DNA of 64,000 bases from NCBI GenBank assembly GCA_965228855.1, contig CBDDIJ010000003.1:64001-128000 (forward strand), given 5' to 3'. A model generated the notes under the pieces. The model saw only the letters and a list, made by a program, of their open reading frames with translations. It was not told the origin of the DNA and did no database searches. Of the stretch, positions 37,144-47,600 are shown piece by piece. Source of the DNA: Candidatus Obscuribacterales bacterium. GTDB lineage: Bacteria > Cyanobacteriota > Vampirovibrionia > Obscuribacterales > Obscuribacteraceae. Both the position numbers and the translations under genes were made by a program. Numbering within the stretch: position 1 is the stretch's first letter; each line of letters starts with the position of its first letter.

Positions 37144-40000
37144 GTTTGCGTATGTAGAATTTCTCGAGAAAATGAGAAACGAGTTCGAGCGAAAATTGGG
37201 TTCCTTGAGAGCCGGACAGGGAGCCAAAACGATAACGTTACCTCTCGATTCCGTGGACATAAAAGCAAGCGTCGTTGGACGCGTCACCGAAGTAACGATC
37301 ACACAAGTTTTTAAAAACCCCTATAGCGAACACCTTGAGGCGGAGTATATATTCCCGCTTGCCGGCTGTTCCTCAGTCAATGCGTTCAAGATGCACGTAG
37401 CAGGACGCACTGTTACAGGGACGATTCAAGAGCGGCGCGCCGCCCGTGAAGAGTATCAACAAGCACTTTCTGACGGCAAGCGCGCCTCTCTTCTGGAACA
37501 GGAGCGGGACGATGTTTTCACTATGCAGGTCGGAAACATACCCCCGAATGAAAAGATCACGGTGGAAATTAAATACACCGAAAAGTTGGAATTTTTTGAA
37601 GACGGAACCACTGAATTGAGACTGCCTCTGGTAGTCGCACCGCGTTATGTTCCCGGCGAGCAAATTGCGAGGGAACAGGTTGGAGACGGAGTGAATTTTG
37701 ACACTGACATGGTGCCCGACGCCTCCCGGGTATCACCGCCAAGATTGGCGGAGGGAGTAAACCCTGATGTGCAATTATCCATCGCCGTGGAGCTAATTCC
37801 TGATCAGTCAGCGAGCCGGGATCGGCTGTTGAACAGGATTTCCAATCTGTCCTGCTCGCAACACGCGGTAAAATCCAGCACGGATGATGGTGCCATACTG
37901 GTAACTCTCGCGAAAGCTAATGAACTTTTGAACAGAGATTTTGTTCTTAAGTGGAAACTTGTCGGCGAGAGAATGGCATCATCGGTGGTGCTCTATAAAA
38001 AGGCAGGAGTGAACGGCGCTAGCTTTGAAGAAGCTTATGGCATGCTGTCTCTCGTTCCTCCTGCCTTCACGGGCGCGCGGCCTGCTCCGCGTGATGTGGT
38101 CTTCCTCGTTGACCGCTCCGGTTCAATGATGGGCGACAAAATGGCTTATGCAACAAGGGCGTGCTCCATGCTTCTTTCGACGCTGGGCCCGGATGACAGA
38201 TTTGCGATCAACGCATTCGACGATTGTTGCGATTGGTTTTCTAAAGGGAAAAGCCTTGGTGTGTGGGACTACGTAAATGCAAATCTTGATGGCATTGAGG
38301 CTGGCTCTGATTATCTGCGCGGTATCGAGGCACGCGGTGGTACCGAGTTAGCCAAAGCCCTTGGCGAAGCCCTTAATTTGATCAATGCGAATAAATCGAA
38401 GGGCCGCATGCCCGTGATTGTCATTTTGACCGATGGTCAAGTTGCAAATGAGTCTCACATTTACAAGATGGCTCAACATGCCGGCAGAGATACGCGAATA
38501 TTCACGATTGGAATCGACACGGCAATCAACAGTCCATTGCTGAAACGCCTGGCCAGTCTTGCTGGGGGAACGTCCACATTTGTCGGACCAGGTGCGCAAT
38601 TGGAAGATGCGTTGATCAATGTCGGTCGAGAGATCGGCGCTCCACTTGTTACTGATCTAAAAGTGGAGTGCCTCACAGGTGGTATCAACATCGAAAGTCT
38701 AGCGCCCGGGCGTTTGCGCGATCTATTTGCTGGTAGAACATCTGACGGTTTATTCAAAATTCAAATCGATAAGGATAAATGCGGTCCCCTGAAGTTCAAG
38801 GTCACCGGCAAATTGTCCAATGGCAGAAGGTTCAGCGAAGAGGTTGACGCCCAGCTTGTTGATGACGAATCGATTTCCCGGCTTTGGGCTCGCGAGTACA
38901 TAAAGGAATTGGAAGACGATTTTCGAATTAAACCTGCGCGTCATGAGTCCATAAAGAGCGAAATCATTGAACTCTCGTTGAAGTTTTCCGTGCTTACAAA
39001 GTTTACGGCTTTCGTGGCCGTGGATGAAGCAGAGATCGTCAATCAATCCGGCGAGCTACGTCAGGTGGTGCAGCCCGTGCATTATCCAGATCAATGGCAA
39101 GTGCAATCGGCTACAGGTTTTTGGGGCAGCTCTTTTGGTTGTGCCGCACCTCCTCCCGGCACCGCATATGGTGTTACGGGAGCGTCTTCCGGTGATCTCT
39201 TCGGTTTTTCTGGGGCAGATTCGAGCGCTGTTCGTAAGGCGAGTAAACGAGCCGATATGCAACAGGGCTGGGGAGCTTCGGCTGGCGCTTGGAACGACTC
39301 GATGGAAACTTGGGGCGCGCCGATGGACGAAGCCGGCTCCTCTACACGGATGCGCTCAACATCCTCCTCTGACAGTTTCGGTTACTCCGGTATGAACACC
39401 AGCGGCGATGCTCATGGTAAGAGTTTGGCCGATAGCATTCGCGAACAGATTGCCAATTCACAGAACATCACTGAGTCAGCCGCAGTGAGTTGGTCTTCGC
39501 CGGATTCCGAACACTCGGTCCCACCCTCGTTGCCACAAAAGCCGGCTTCTCAAAATGATTCGGCGCTGTCGTCTGTTTGGTCCACGATGAAGAAGCTGTT
39601 CAAGAGTTCCGACCAGAAGGCGAATACGCCGAATGGTGCACCGGTTAACCGGGTGATAAACGCGCTAATCTCATTCAGAGAGGGCTGGGTTGCTTCCTGG
39701 CTTGAACTCGGCAAGGGCATTTTGCCTGATGCCGACGAAATTGAACGGATTCGCAAAGAGCTGGTCGAGGCACTTTCCGATCATCCTGTTGGGTTCGAGG
39801 TACCGCTGCTCAATAAGTTTTTGCGGTCTTCGGCAATTGATTATGTGGCTGCACTTCAGGCTTCTGATGTGACGGCACCGGCTATCTACAAGTCGCGCAG
39901 TCGATTCCATGACGGTTTCGTCGACGCGATGGTGGAAGCCGAGGCTGCCATATTGCAAGTCCAGGGCAGGCAGGGCGCCTTCTGGGAGTCCAATGTTTAG
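37124..40000 (+). CDS. VIT + vWA domain protein (inter-alpha-trypsin inhibitor/vault-like)
   Basis: VIT (QVFKNP...EAEYIFPL...ASLLEQ); intact MIDAS DRSGS, GGT, LTDG; overlaps the regulator's 3' end. Confidence 0.9.
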   Translation: MREMTNEFAYVEFLEKMRNEFERKLGSLRAGQGAKTITLPLDSVDIKASVVGRVTEVTITQVFKNPYSEHLEAEYIFPLAGCSSVNAFKMHVAGRTVTGTIQERRAAREEYQQALSDGKRASLLEQERDDVFTMQVGNIPPNEKITVEIKYTEKLEFFEDGTTELRLPLVVAPRYVPGEQIAREQVGDGVNFDTDMVPDASRVSPPRLAEGVNPDVQLSIAVELIPDQSASRDRLLNRISNLSCSQHAVKSSTDDGAILVTLAKANELLNRDFVLKWKLVGERMASSVVLYKKAGVNGASFEEAYGMLSLVPPAFTGARPAPRDVVFLVDRSGSMMGDKMAYATRACSMLLSTLGPDDRFAINAFDDCCDWFSKGKSLGVWDYVNANLDGIEAGSDYLRGIEARGGTELAKALGEALNLINANKSKGRMPVIVILTDGQVANESHIYKMAQHAGRDTRIFTIGIDTAINSPLLKRLASLAGGTSTFVGPGAQLEDALINVGREIGAPLVTDLKVECLTGGINIESLAPGRLRDLFAGRTSDGLFKIQIDKDKCGPLKFKVTGKLSNGRRFSEEVDAQLVDDESISRLWAREYIKELEDDFRIKPARHESIKSEIIELSLKFSVLTKFTAFVAVDEAEIVNQSGELRQVVQPVHYPDQWQVQSATGFWGSSFGCAAPPPGTAYGVTGASSGDLFGFSGADSSAVRKASKRADMQQGWGASAGAWNDSMETWGAPMDEAGSSTRMRSTSSSDSFGYSGMNTSGDAHGKSLADSIREQIANSQNITESAAVSWSSPDSEHSVPPSLPQKPASQNDSALSSVWSTMKKLFKSSDQKANTPNGAPVNRVINALISFREGWVASWLELGKGILPDADEIERIRKELVEALSDHPVGFEVPLLNKFLRSSAIDYVAALQASDVTAPAIYKSRSRFHDGFVDAMVEAEAAILQVQGRQGAFWESNV

Positions 40001-40117
40001 ACATCGATGCCTAGCCAGCAGGAATGTTGATGACAGTAACACTCGAAGCTAGACAGAGTCTGAAGTTGAGGTCGAGACGAAGTCGAACCTTAGGGGTTAC
40101 GAACGACTAGAAAGCGT

Positions 40118-40150
40118 AAAAGAACGGGAGCCCCATCCTCCCGTTCTTTT
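40118..40150. terminator. Bidirectional-type intrinsic terminator
   Basis: AAAAGAACGGGAG-ccccatc-CTCCCGTTCTTTT. Confidence 0.8.
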
Positions 40151-40639
40151 ATCCATTTGGATACAGCACATTTGTCAAAAACTTGCCGGGCGCGAAACCG
40201 GTCAATATGCCGGTTTTACAAGAAAAAAACTGTAGCACCGGCTTGGTAAAAGGTGCTAAGAATGAGAATACGAGCGGATGGGGCGTGGTAGGCGCGCCGG
40301 ACGTTCTGCAACTGTTCTGCAAAATATGGAACAAGATGCCCAATATACCGTCATTCCAGACAGTATGCAGGAAATGTATCCCGTATCCTGAAGGATTAAC
40401 GAGACACGCTTAAGGAAGTCTTCGAAACCAAAATGTAAAACGTTTCGATAGTTGAACCTACCTGAGAGCTAAATAAGGTGCCATGTTTTCGATATCATAG
40501 GCTTGTTAAGGGGCATGCTCAAAATAGGGTAATTCCAGTTTTCAGTATCTGACCTTATAATAAGTAAGAAGTACCTTTCAGCCTAATTTCGTGGACGGTC
40601 AAGTCGGTTAAAAGCCGACCAACATCAATTTAGAGGATT

Positions 40640-41500
40640 GTGCGTCAAATGCCGGATTTCAAGAAACTGTTCAATTTCACTACTCACGATATTCCGAGAC
40701 CGCGCTGGAACGTACTGGACATGATCAATGTCATCAATAAAGGCACCGTGCCAACACTGGTGACCTGTGAGATTGACATGACCTGGGCGGAGAACCTGCG
40801 CTCGGAACTGAAGAAGAACGGCTACAAAACTACAGTTACTGCGATTTTGCTGAAGGCGATCGCGGTCGCACAACGTTCTCACCCGGAAACCCGAACCGCA
40901 AGACTGCCCTGGGGCAGGCTCGTGACCTTCAGAGACATCGTCGCGGGCTTCACCGTCGAGCGTTTCATCGGTTCGCAGCCGGCTGTATTTTTTGGAGCAA
41001 TTGAAAACGCCGACACGAAGCCGGTCACTGACATCGCCAAAGAGCTGAGCGCCTACGCCTCATCTGACGTCGCCAATGTCGACCACCTTGATGTGCAGAA
41101 TCGTTTTAACAACATGCCCTGGCTGTTCAGAAGATTTATTTTGTTCCTCGGCAGGCGCTATCCCGCCATTCGTTTGAAATACATGAATGCAACCTTCGGA
41201 TTGAGCACGCTTGGAAAGTTCGGAGTCCGGATGCTGGTTCCGCCGAACGTGACCACTTCGACATTCGGTGTTGGTGCGGTTGAAGACCGTGCGGTCGTGC
41301 GTGACGGCAAGATTGAAATTCGTCCGATGATGACTCTAGCCCTCAACTTCGACCACACTGTTATCGACGGTGCACCAGCCGCTCGCTTCATGTCTGACAT
41401 CAGGAACTTGATGGAAGGCGGTCTTGAGGACTATCTCAAGAACGAACTCGGTTCGTTTTCCGTGAAGGCGCAAGAGACGATGCCGGCTGCCGCGCAGTAA
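40640..41500 (+). CDS. Stand-alone 2-oxoacid dehydrogenase E2-type acyltransferase catalytic domain
   Basis: FDHTVIDGAPAARF; no lipoyl or E3-binding domain. Confidence 0.85.
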   Translation: MRQMPDFKKLFNFTTHDIPRPRWNVLDMINVINKGTVPTLVTCEIDMTWAENLRSELKKNGYKTTVTAILLKAIAVAQRSHPETRTARLPWGRLVTFRDIVAGFTVERFIGSQPAVFFGAIENADTKPVTDIAKELSAYASSDVANVDHLDVQNRFNNMPWLFRRFILFLGRRYPAIRLKYMNATFGLSTLGKFGVRMLVPPNVTTSTFGVGAVEDRAVVRDGKIEIRPMMTLALNFDHTVIDGAPAARFMSDIRNLMEGGLEDYLKNELGSFSVKAQETMPAAAQ

Positions 41501-41565
41501 AGAAATCGAACGATTGCCTGCGTGTTGCTAGTATGATGCGTCACCGCATGCGGTGGCAGGTGAAA

Positions 41566-42549
41566 CTAGTCTTTAATGCCGGCTTCTTTCAGTAAACTCT
41601 TGATTCTGTCGATTGAGTCGAGCGCGGCACGCTCTCCGGCTTCAATGGCGTTGACCGCGTCCTTGCTGCTCGTGGACATCAAGCCGATTTGCTCTACCTC
41701 TGGATGAAGAACGATATCGGCCTCCTTCACTTGCTCCTTATCAACATTCTTCAGATGCAAGGTGACGACTCGGTGGCTTACCGTGCCGATCTTCGAAAAT
41801 TCCTTCTCGGGAATTTTTCGCTCTGTATCATCGAGATTGATCGCCACAATGATGTCAGCCCCCATGCTTTTCGCCTCGGATACAGGCAAGTTGTTGACCA
41901 CTCCGCCGTCGACGAAGAGACCGTCATTCAATCGTACCGGTTTTCTGAGAATAGGTAGTGCGCAACTGGCTTGCAGTGCGCTTCCCAGATTGCCGCTTCT
42001 AAGAGTAACCGTCTTACCATCCAACAAATTCAGAGCGACCGCGCCAAACGGGATCTTCAGATCGCTGATGTCTCGCTCTGATTCTGGGACGTATTTGTTT
42101 AAAAACTTGCCGAGCTTATTGCCTGTATATAAGCCGTCATATCCTCGTTTTCCAAACATCCTCGGGATCGAAAACGCAGAGGACGCGAACAATCGAACTT
42201 TGAGTGGGACAGTCAGATACGAGTTCATAAGTGATTTCTTTGTGAACATCTCTTCTAGCGATTGAATAGAAATTCCAGCGCTGTAAAGTCCACCAACAAT
42301 CGCTCCGACGTTAGTCCCGACAATATAATCGGGGTGAATGCCGTTCTGTTCCAGAATCTTCAGAACACCCACATGTGCTGCTCCGCGCGCGCCACCGCCG
42401 CCAAGCACGAGACCCAGCTTTGGCTCATTGGAAGCCGATAGTTTATGTTTGACGTCGTCCGTCTCCTGGGCGAACACAGAACCCGCATTCGTGCCAGACA
42501 ACCACAACGCAAACATGGCTCCGGCAATGAGTGATTTCGACCAGAACAT
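41566..42549 (-). CDS. Patatin-like protein with signal peptide; nucleophile motif is GTNVG
   Basis: LVLGGGGARG and VDGG present; GxSxG replaced by GTNVG. Confidence 0.88.
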   Translation of the reverse strand: MFWSKSLIAGAMFALWLSGTNAGSVFAQETDDVKHKLSASNEPKLGLVLGGGGARGAAHVGVLKILEQNGIHPDYIVGTNVGAIVGGLYSAGISIQSLEEMFTKKSLMNSYLTVPLKVRLFASSAFSIPRMFGKRGYDGLYTGNKLGKFLNKYVPESERDISDLKIPFGAVALNLLDGKTVTLRSGNLGSALQASCALPILRKPVRLNDGLFVDGGVVNNLPVSEAKSMGADIIVAINLDDTERKIPEKEFSKIGTVSHRVVTLHLKNVDKEQVKEADIVLHPEVEQIGLMSTSSKDAVNAIEAGERAALDSIDRIKSLLKEAGIKD

Positions 42550-42560
42550 CGCTTCTTACT

Positions 42561-43781
42561 TTACGTCCAGATCCACTGCATACGCGCTGGAACAAACCAG
42601 CCCAGCTTCGAAAGCGCCTCGTCGAGGCTGACATTCTTTTCTTTGCAGAATGCGAGCGCTTTGACCGCTTGATCGGCTGACAAAAATCCCTGTTTGTACA
42701 GCGAGTATGTTCTCAACGCCAGGTAGAGGAACGACTCGCTGATGATGCCGGCGCCCAGAACCTTTTTGCCGACCTTGATAGAACTGTTTTCGCTCGGGTC
42801 CACAATACCGGACATCTTCGATTCGTCGGCGACACCGGAACGCACGAGCAATTCGTACGGGCTCACTGTTTTTTGCGGCGCTTGAGCAGGAGGATCCAAC
42901 TCTGCGACTGCCTGATAAACAGATACTTGCCTGTCCTTTACTTGACGGAGAGCTTCGGCAGCCTGATAAGCTCTGAGCGTCCCGTTGGCTACCATGTCTT
43001 GAAGGACGATTGCCGTCTCGAGCAAGTCGTGTGTGACGAGACCCTGTTCAAGCAGGATCTGACCGAATTGCTTTTCTTTGACAAGCTCGACTTCGAGGCA
43101 TTCAAGCAGATCAGATTCGGAAACAAAGCCCGCCATCGCGATCAACTCGCCGATCTTGGCTGTCTGCCCGCTCTTTTCCACGTAAAGTCCAAGCTCGAAA
43201 AGCGCCTGCTCTACGCTGATTCTTCTGTGACCAACTGCGTTTAGCGCATCCTTGGCTTGCTCCTGCGTGATCTTTCCATCACGAGCTAGAATCAGGGCGT
43301 TCAGCGCCGCTTGCATCATCCAGCTGGAGACGTCGCGGTTCAAAACCAGGATCCTTCCAGTTTGCATTCCTGTATCTTGCGCTTGGGTGACGGCTCTACC
43401 GACCTGTTCCATCGATACCATCGAGCATGACAGCAGCAGGTCAGTGAGCGGTGTAGTAATGGTTGCAACTCGACCAGTTTTTTTATGCACTGAACCCAAG
43501 ACACCGATTGCGTCTTGCAATCCCATGTTGTGCTGGCGCGCCAGTCGAATGGCTCTCACCGCCAGGTCTATGGAAACAGTATTGCTTTGAACAAGTTGAT
43601 GCGCCTCGAGCACGACGCCTAGTGCCGAATCCGGCATCATCTTCAGCATTATCAGTGCTCGTTCCAGCGATACGTTGAGGTTTTTCGCCGTCTTCTTTGC
43701 TTCATCCAACTGCTGCGGGCTGACCAGTCCTGTGCCGAGAACCAGCGTTCCCATCGAGTCGATTGTTTCTTTCCCTAACAT
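42561..43781 (-). CDS. Protein of about four degenerate MshEN-like repeats
   Basis: e.g. KIGELIAMAGFVSESDLLECL...QFGQILLEQGLVTHDLLETAIVLQ. Confidence 0.65.
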   Translation of the reverse strand: MLGKETIDSMGTLVLGTGLVSPQQLDEAKKTAKNLNVSLERALIMLKMMPDSALGVVLEAHQLVQSNTVSIDLAVRAIRLARQHNMGLQDAIGVLGSVHKKTGRVATITTPLTDLLLSCSMVSMEQVGRAVTQAQDTGMQTGRILVLNRDVSSWMMQAALNALILARDGKITQEQAKDALNAVGHRRISVEQALFELGLYVEKSGQTAKIGELIAMAGFVSESDLLECLEVELVKEKQFGQILLEQGLVTHDLLETAIVLQDMVANGTLRAYQAAEALRQVKDRQVSVYQAVAELDPPAQAPQKTVSPYELLVRSGVADESKMSGIVDPSENSSIKVGKKVLGAGIISESFLYLALRTYSLYKQGFLSADQAVKALAFCKEKNVSLDEALSKLGWFVPARMQWIWT

Positions 43782-44092
43782 TGGCGCCTTTTTTCAATTG
43801 TCGTTCTGCACAAGTTCAGATTGCGGCATTTGCTCTCTGCCTATGTGTAGTGTACCAAGAGATACTGCACCTGAAACCCCAAGTAGTCAACAAATCCATC
43901 AATTTCCGCGATCAGGTTAATTGTGGGTTGATGGGTTTTTTCCGCTGCTTCGTAATTGGTAAAATCTGGGTCTGTCGCCTTTCGGTCAGGACGAAGCTAT
44001 TTGTCAAGCTTTCGTGGGCGATGAACCATTGCGTTCGCTTGTTCGCTCTGGACAGAAACCCTGTTGTTTACTGTTTTTTGAGAGGAAAAACC

Positions 44093-44590
44093 ATGGCTAA
44101 AGCCGCCAAACCAGTTCCGAATGGGTATCACACAATCACCGCCAATTTAATCGTCGATGATGGCGCTCGGGCGTTAAAGTTCTATGCCACTGCATTTGGT
44201 GCTCAATTTGAAGATGAAACCATTTGCGTCTGCCCACAAACCAACAAAATCATGCATGCCGAGCTTAAAATCGGTGATTCGTTTTTGCATCTGGCTGACG
44301 AGTTTCCTCAGATGGGTACGAAGTCTCCAAAGAGCTATGGTGGCACACCGGTGAGCTTGTATCTATACGTCGACGATGTCGACAAATCACTGAAACAAGC
44401 TGTTGATGCCGGCTGTGAGGTTGAGATGCCGGCCACGGATATGTTCTGGGGCGACCGTTTTGCCAGCCTCAAAGATCCATTCGGCCATCAATGGGCGCTT
44501 GCTTCAAGAGTCGAAGATCTGGATCAAACCGAGATCAACAAGCGCAAAGAAGAGTTCTTCAAGCAAACAGCAGCAGCTGGAGCTAAATAG
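44093..44590 (+). CDS. VOC/glyoxalase family (PhnB-like) protein
   Basis: PVPNGYHTIT, MHAELKIGDS, DMFWGDR, DPFGHQW; GAGGA RBS before ATG 44093. Confidence 0.92.
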   Translation: MAKAAKPVPNGYHTITANLIVDDGARALKFYATAFGAQFEDETICVCPQTNKIMHAELKIGDSFLHLADEFPQMGTKSPKSYGGTPVSLYLYVDDVDKSLKQAVDAGCEVEMPATDMFWGDRFASLKDPFGHQWALASRVEDLDQTEINKRKEEFFKQTAAAGAK

Positions 44591-44655
44591 CTGAGAGGGG
44601 GCGGACAATGAATCCGCCCCCTTCGTCACCATATCCGGTAGCAAAAGAGGAAAGC

Positions 44656-47600
44656 ATGAAAGAGTCCCTGCACGAAAATGGATACTATCGTTATGCCACC
44701 ATCCACAAAGATCGCATAGTTTTCGTTTGCGAAGATGATCTCTGGGAGGTTGGAGTGGAAGGCGGTCACGCAAAACGTTTGTCTGCCGGTAGATCGGAAT
44801 TTTCGATGCCGCGATTTTCGCCGGATGGAAAAAAGATTGCGTTAATCGCCAGAGAGGAGGGGCATCCGGAAGTATTCGTCATGCCTTCCAGCGGTGGCAA
44901 TCCTGTTCGTCTAACCTATTTGGGCTCCGATATTTTGAACATCTCCGGTTGGTCCGAGGACGGAAAGGATATATATTTCGCGTCAGACGCTCGCTCGGCG
45001 TTCTTTCGTGAGGGTGATGCCTTCAAGATCTCAAGCGAAGGTGGTGAGCCGGTTTGTTGGCGCTGGGGTCATGTCAATTCATTCATGATCGGAAAGACTG
45101 GCGAGGTAGTGATCGGACGCAATGCAATCGATCCGGCAAGATGGAAACGCTATCGCGGTGGAACCGCCGGTGACCTCTGGATCGATCCCAATGGCAAAGG
45201 CAAATTCAAACGCCTCATAGACCTGAAGGGTAATCTGGTCTGTCCCATGATCATTGGTTCCAGAGTTTTCTTTCTCTCCGATCACGAAGGGATGGGCAAC
45301 ATTTATTCGTGCCGTCCTGACGGCAAAGATTTGAAGCAACATACGCACCATGAGCAATACTACGTCCGTTTTCCTTCCACCGATGGAACTCGAATTGTTT
45401 ACACAGCCGGTGCAAACATCTATGTGCTTGATCCGAAGACGGGTGAAGACAAACGAATGGATGTGAAAATTCCAACGTCTACACACCAGGTTCGCCGAAA
45501 GTTCAGCGATGGACGCGAGTACCTGGAGCACTTCTCTCCACATCCGGAGGGTCACTCAGTTGCTCTCATCGCACGCGGACAGCCGATAACGATGGGAAAT
45601 TGGGAAGGTCCTCCCACTCAACACGGGGTCGGCTCGGCTGTTCGCTACCGACTGGCTGAGTGGCTGCCTGACGGCAAACAGTTCGTTGTTATCAACGATA
45701 AGGAAGGTTTTGAGCGCGTTGAATTGCATCAAGCCGACCAGAGCAAGGCGCCTGAGATCGTAAGCGCGACCGAGTTCGGCAGAGCAATCAATCTGTTGGT
45801 TTCTCCGAAAGGAGACCGCGTCGCAATTTCAAATCATCGTCACGATTTGTTTGTTCTCGATTTGAAAACTAAGAAACTCAAACTTGTGGACCGCAGCCCT
45901 GCAGACAGAATCAGCGAATTTAGCTGGTCGCCCGATGGTCGCTGGATTGCTTACGCCTATGCACCGCATCCGCAGTCTTCGATAATCAGAATCGCGGATA
46001 TCGATAAAAACTCGATTCACAACGTCACAGATGAGGTTCGCTTCGACACATCGCCGGCATGGGACCCGGATGGTCGATTCCTGTATTTCCTCGGCGCTCG
46101 CGAGTTTTACCCCGTCTATGATTCGGTGCGTTTCGACTATGGTTTTCCAAAGGCGATGAAACCGTATCTGGTGACGCTGCGCAAGGACGTTCCTTCACCA
46201 TTTGTTTTACAACCAAAACCTGTTGTAGCCGGAAAGAAAAAGAAAGCGGGCGCAGAACCTCAGACTAAGCCTGATGGAAAAAACGGCAATTCAGTTAAAA
46301 ACGCCCGTGAGAAAGCTGCCTCCAAAACAGCCGCGAGTGGTCCGGCGCTCGCCACCGCCAAAAATAAAACGGCGTTGAAAAAAATGTACAAGGACGCCCT
46401 GGCGGCTGCATACAAAGAGATTCTAAAAACAGTCGAAAGCGGTGGCACCGTAAATGGTGCGGTATCGAAAAAGGGCGCTCAACAAACGAAGGATGAAAAA
46501 CAATCTCCCTCCGGCTCCAATGTTCAAATCGACTTTGACGGCATCGCTCATCGAATCCTGGCGTTTCCGGTTGCCGAAGGTCGTTACTATCAAATTCTTG
46601 GTGCGGAGAATCGCGCCCTCTTCACCGTCTACGCAGTCGAGGGCATCAAACCAAACTTCAGTTGGTATGACGGCGAGAGCGCCAATGGTTCATTGATGGC
46701 TTACGACTTCGAGGAAGCGCGAGCCGGAACGATTCAAAAAGACATAGGTCACATGGCGCTTGCCTTCGATAATCAAACTCTGTACTACAGAGCTGGACGT
46801 CGCATTCGTGCGATGGATGCCGGAGAAAAACTGCCCGCGGATGGTCGTGAGGCTGGCGCTGCCAGCGGCACCGGAAGAAAGTCCGGCTTCCTCGATTTGT
46901 CTCGCGCTCAAGTGCTGGTGACACCGCAGGATGAGTGGAAGCAGATGTATGAGGAATCCTGGCGACTGCAGAAAGAGCAGTTTTGGGACGAAAAAATGTC
47001 CGACATCGACTGGGATTTAGTCCGCGATCGCTATCTCAAGCTTCTGCCGCGAGTGAGAACTCGAGCGGAAGTTTCCGATCTTATCTGGGAGATGCAAGGC
47101 GAACTTGGTACCTCGCACGCTTATGAACTCGGCGGTGATTACCGTCGCTCTTCCTGGTACGGGATCGGATTTCTCGGATGTGATTTGAGTTTCGACAAAA
47201 CCAAAAAGGGATATCGTATCGATCGCATTTTGCAGGGTGACAGTTGGGATCGTGAAGTTGCATCGCCTCTTGCTCAGCCAGGTTTGAACGTCAAGGTCGG
47301 CGATGTCATTCTTGCGGTAAACGGTACCGCCGTCGATCAGCAAACCTCGGTTCATCAATTGCTGGTCAACCAGTCGAACAAGGAAGTTCGACTGAAAATT
47401 CTTTCGGATAAAAAGGAGCGAACCCTGGTCGTTCAAACGCTGCGCACGGAGCGCAATCTGCGTTACCGTGATTGGGTGGAAGCGAACCGGCGGCACGTGC
47501 ACAAAGCGACCAATGGAAAGATCGGTTACATCCATATCCCCGATATGGGACCGTTTGGATTTGCCGAATTCCATCGAGGTTATCTTTCCGAGGTCAATCG

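Noticed and set aside
43763..44092. 110-aa N-terminal extension of the VOC protein
   Set aside because: Non-protein-like sequence overlapping the divergent gene start; there is a clear RBS before ATG 44093.
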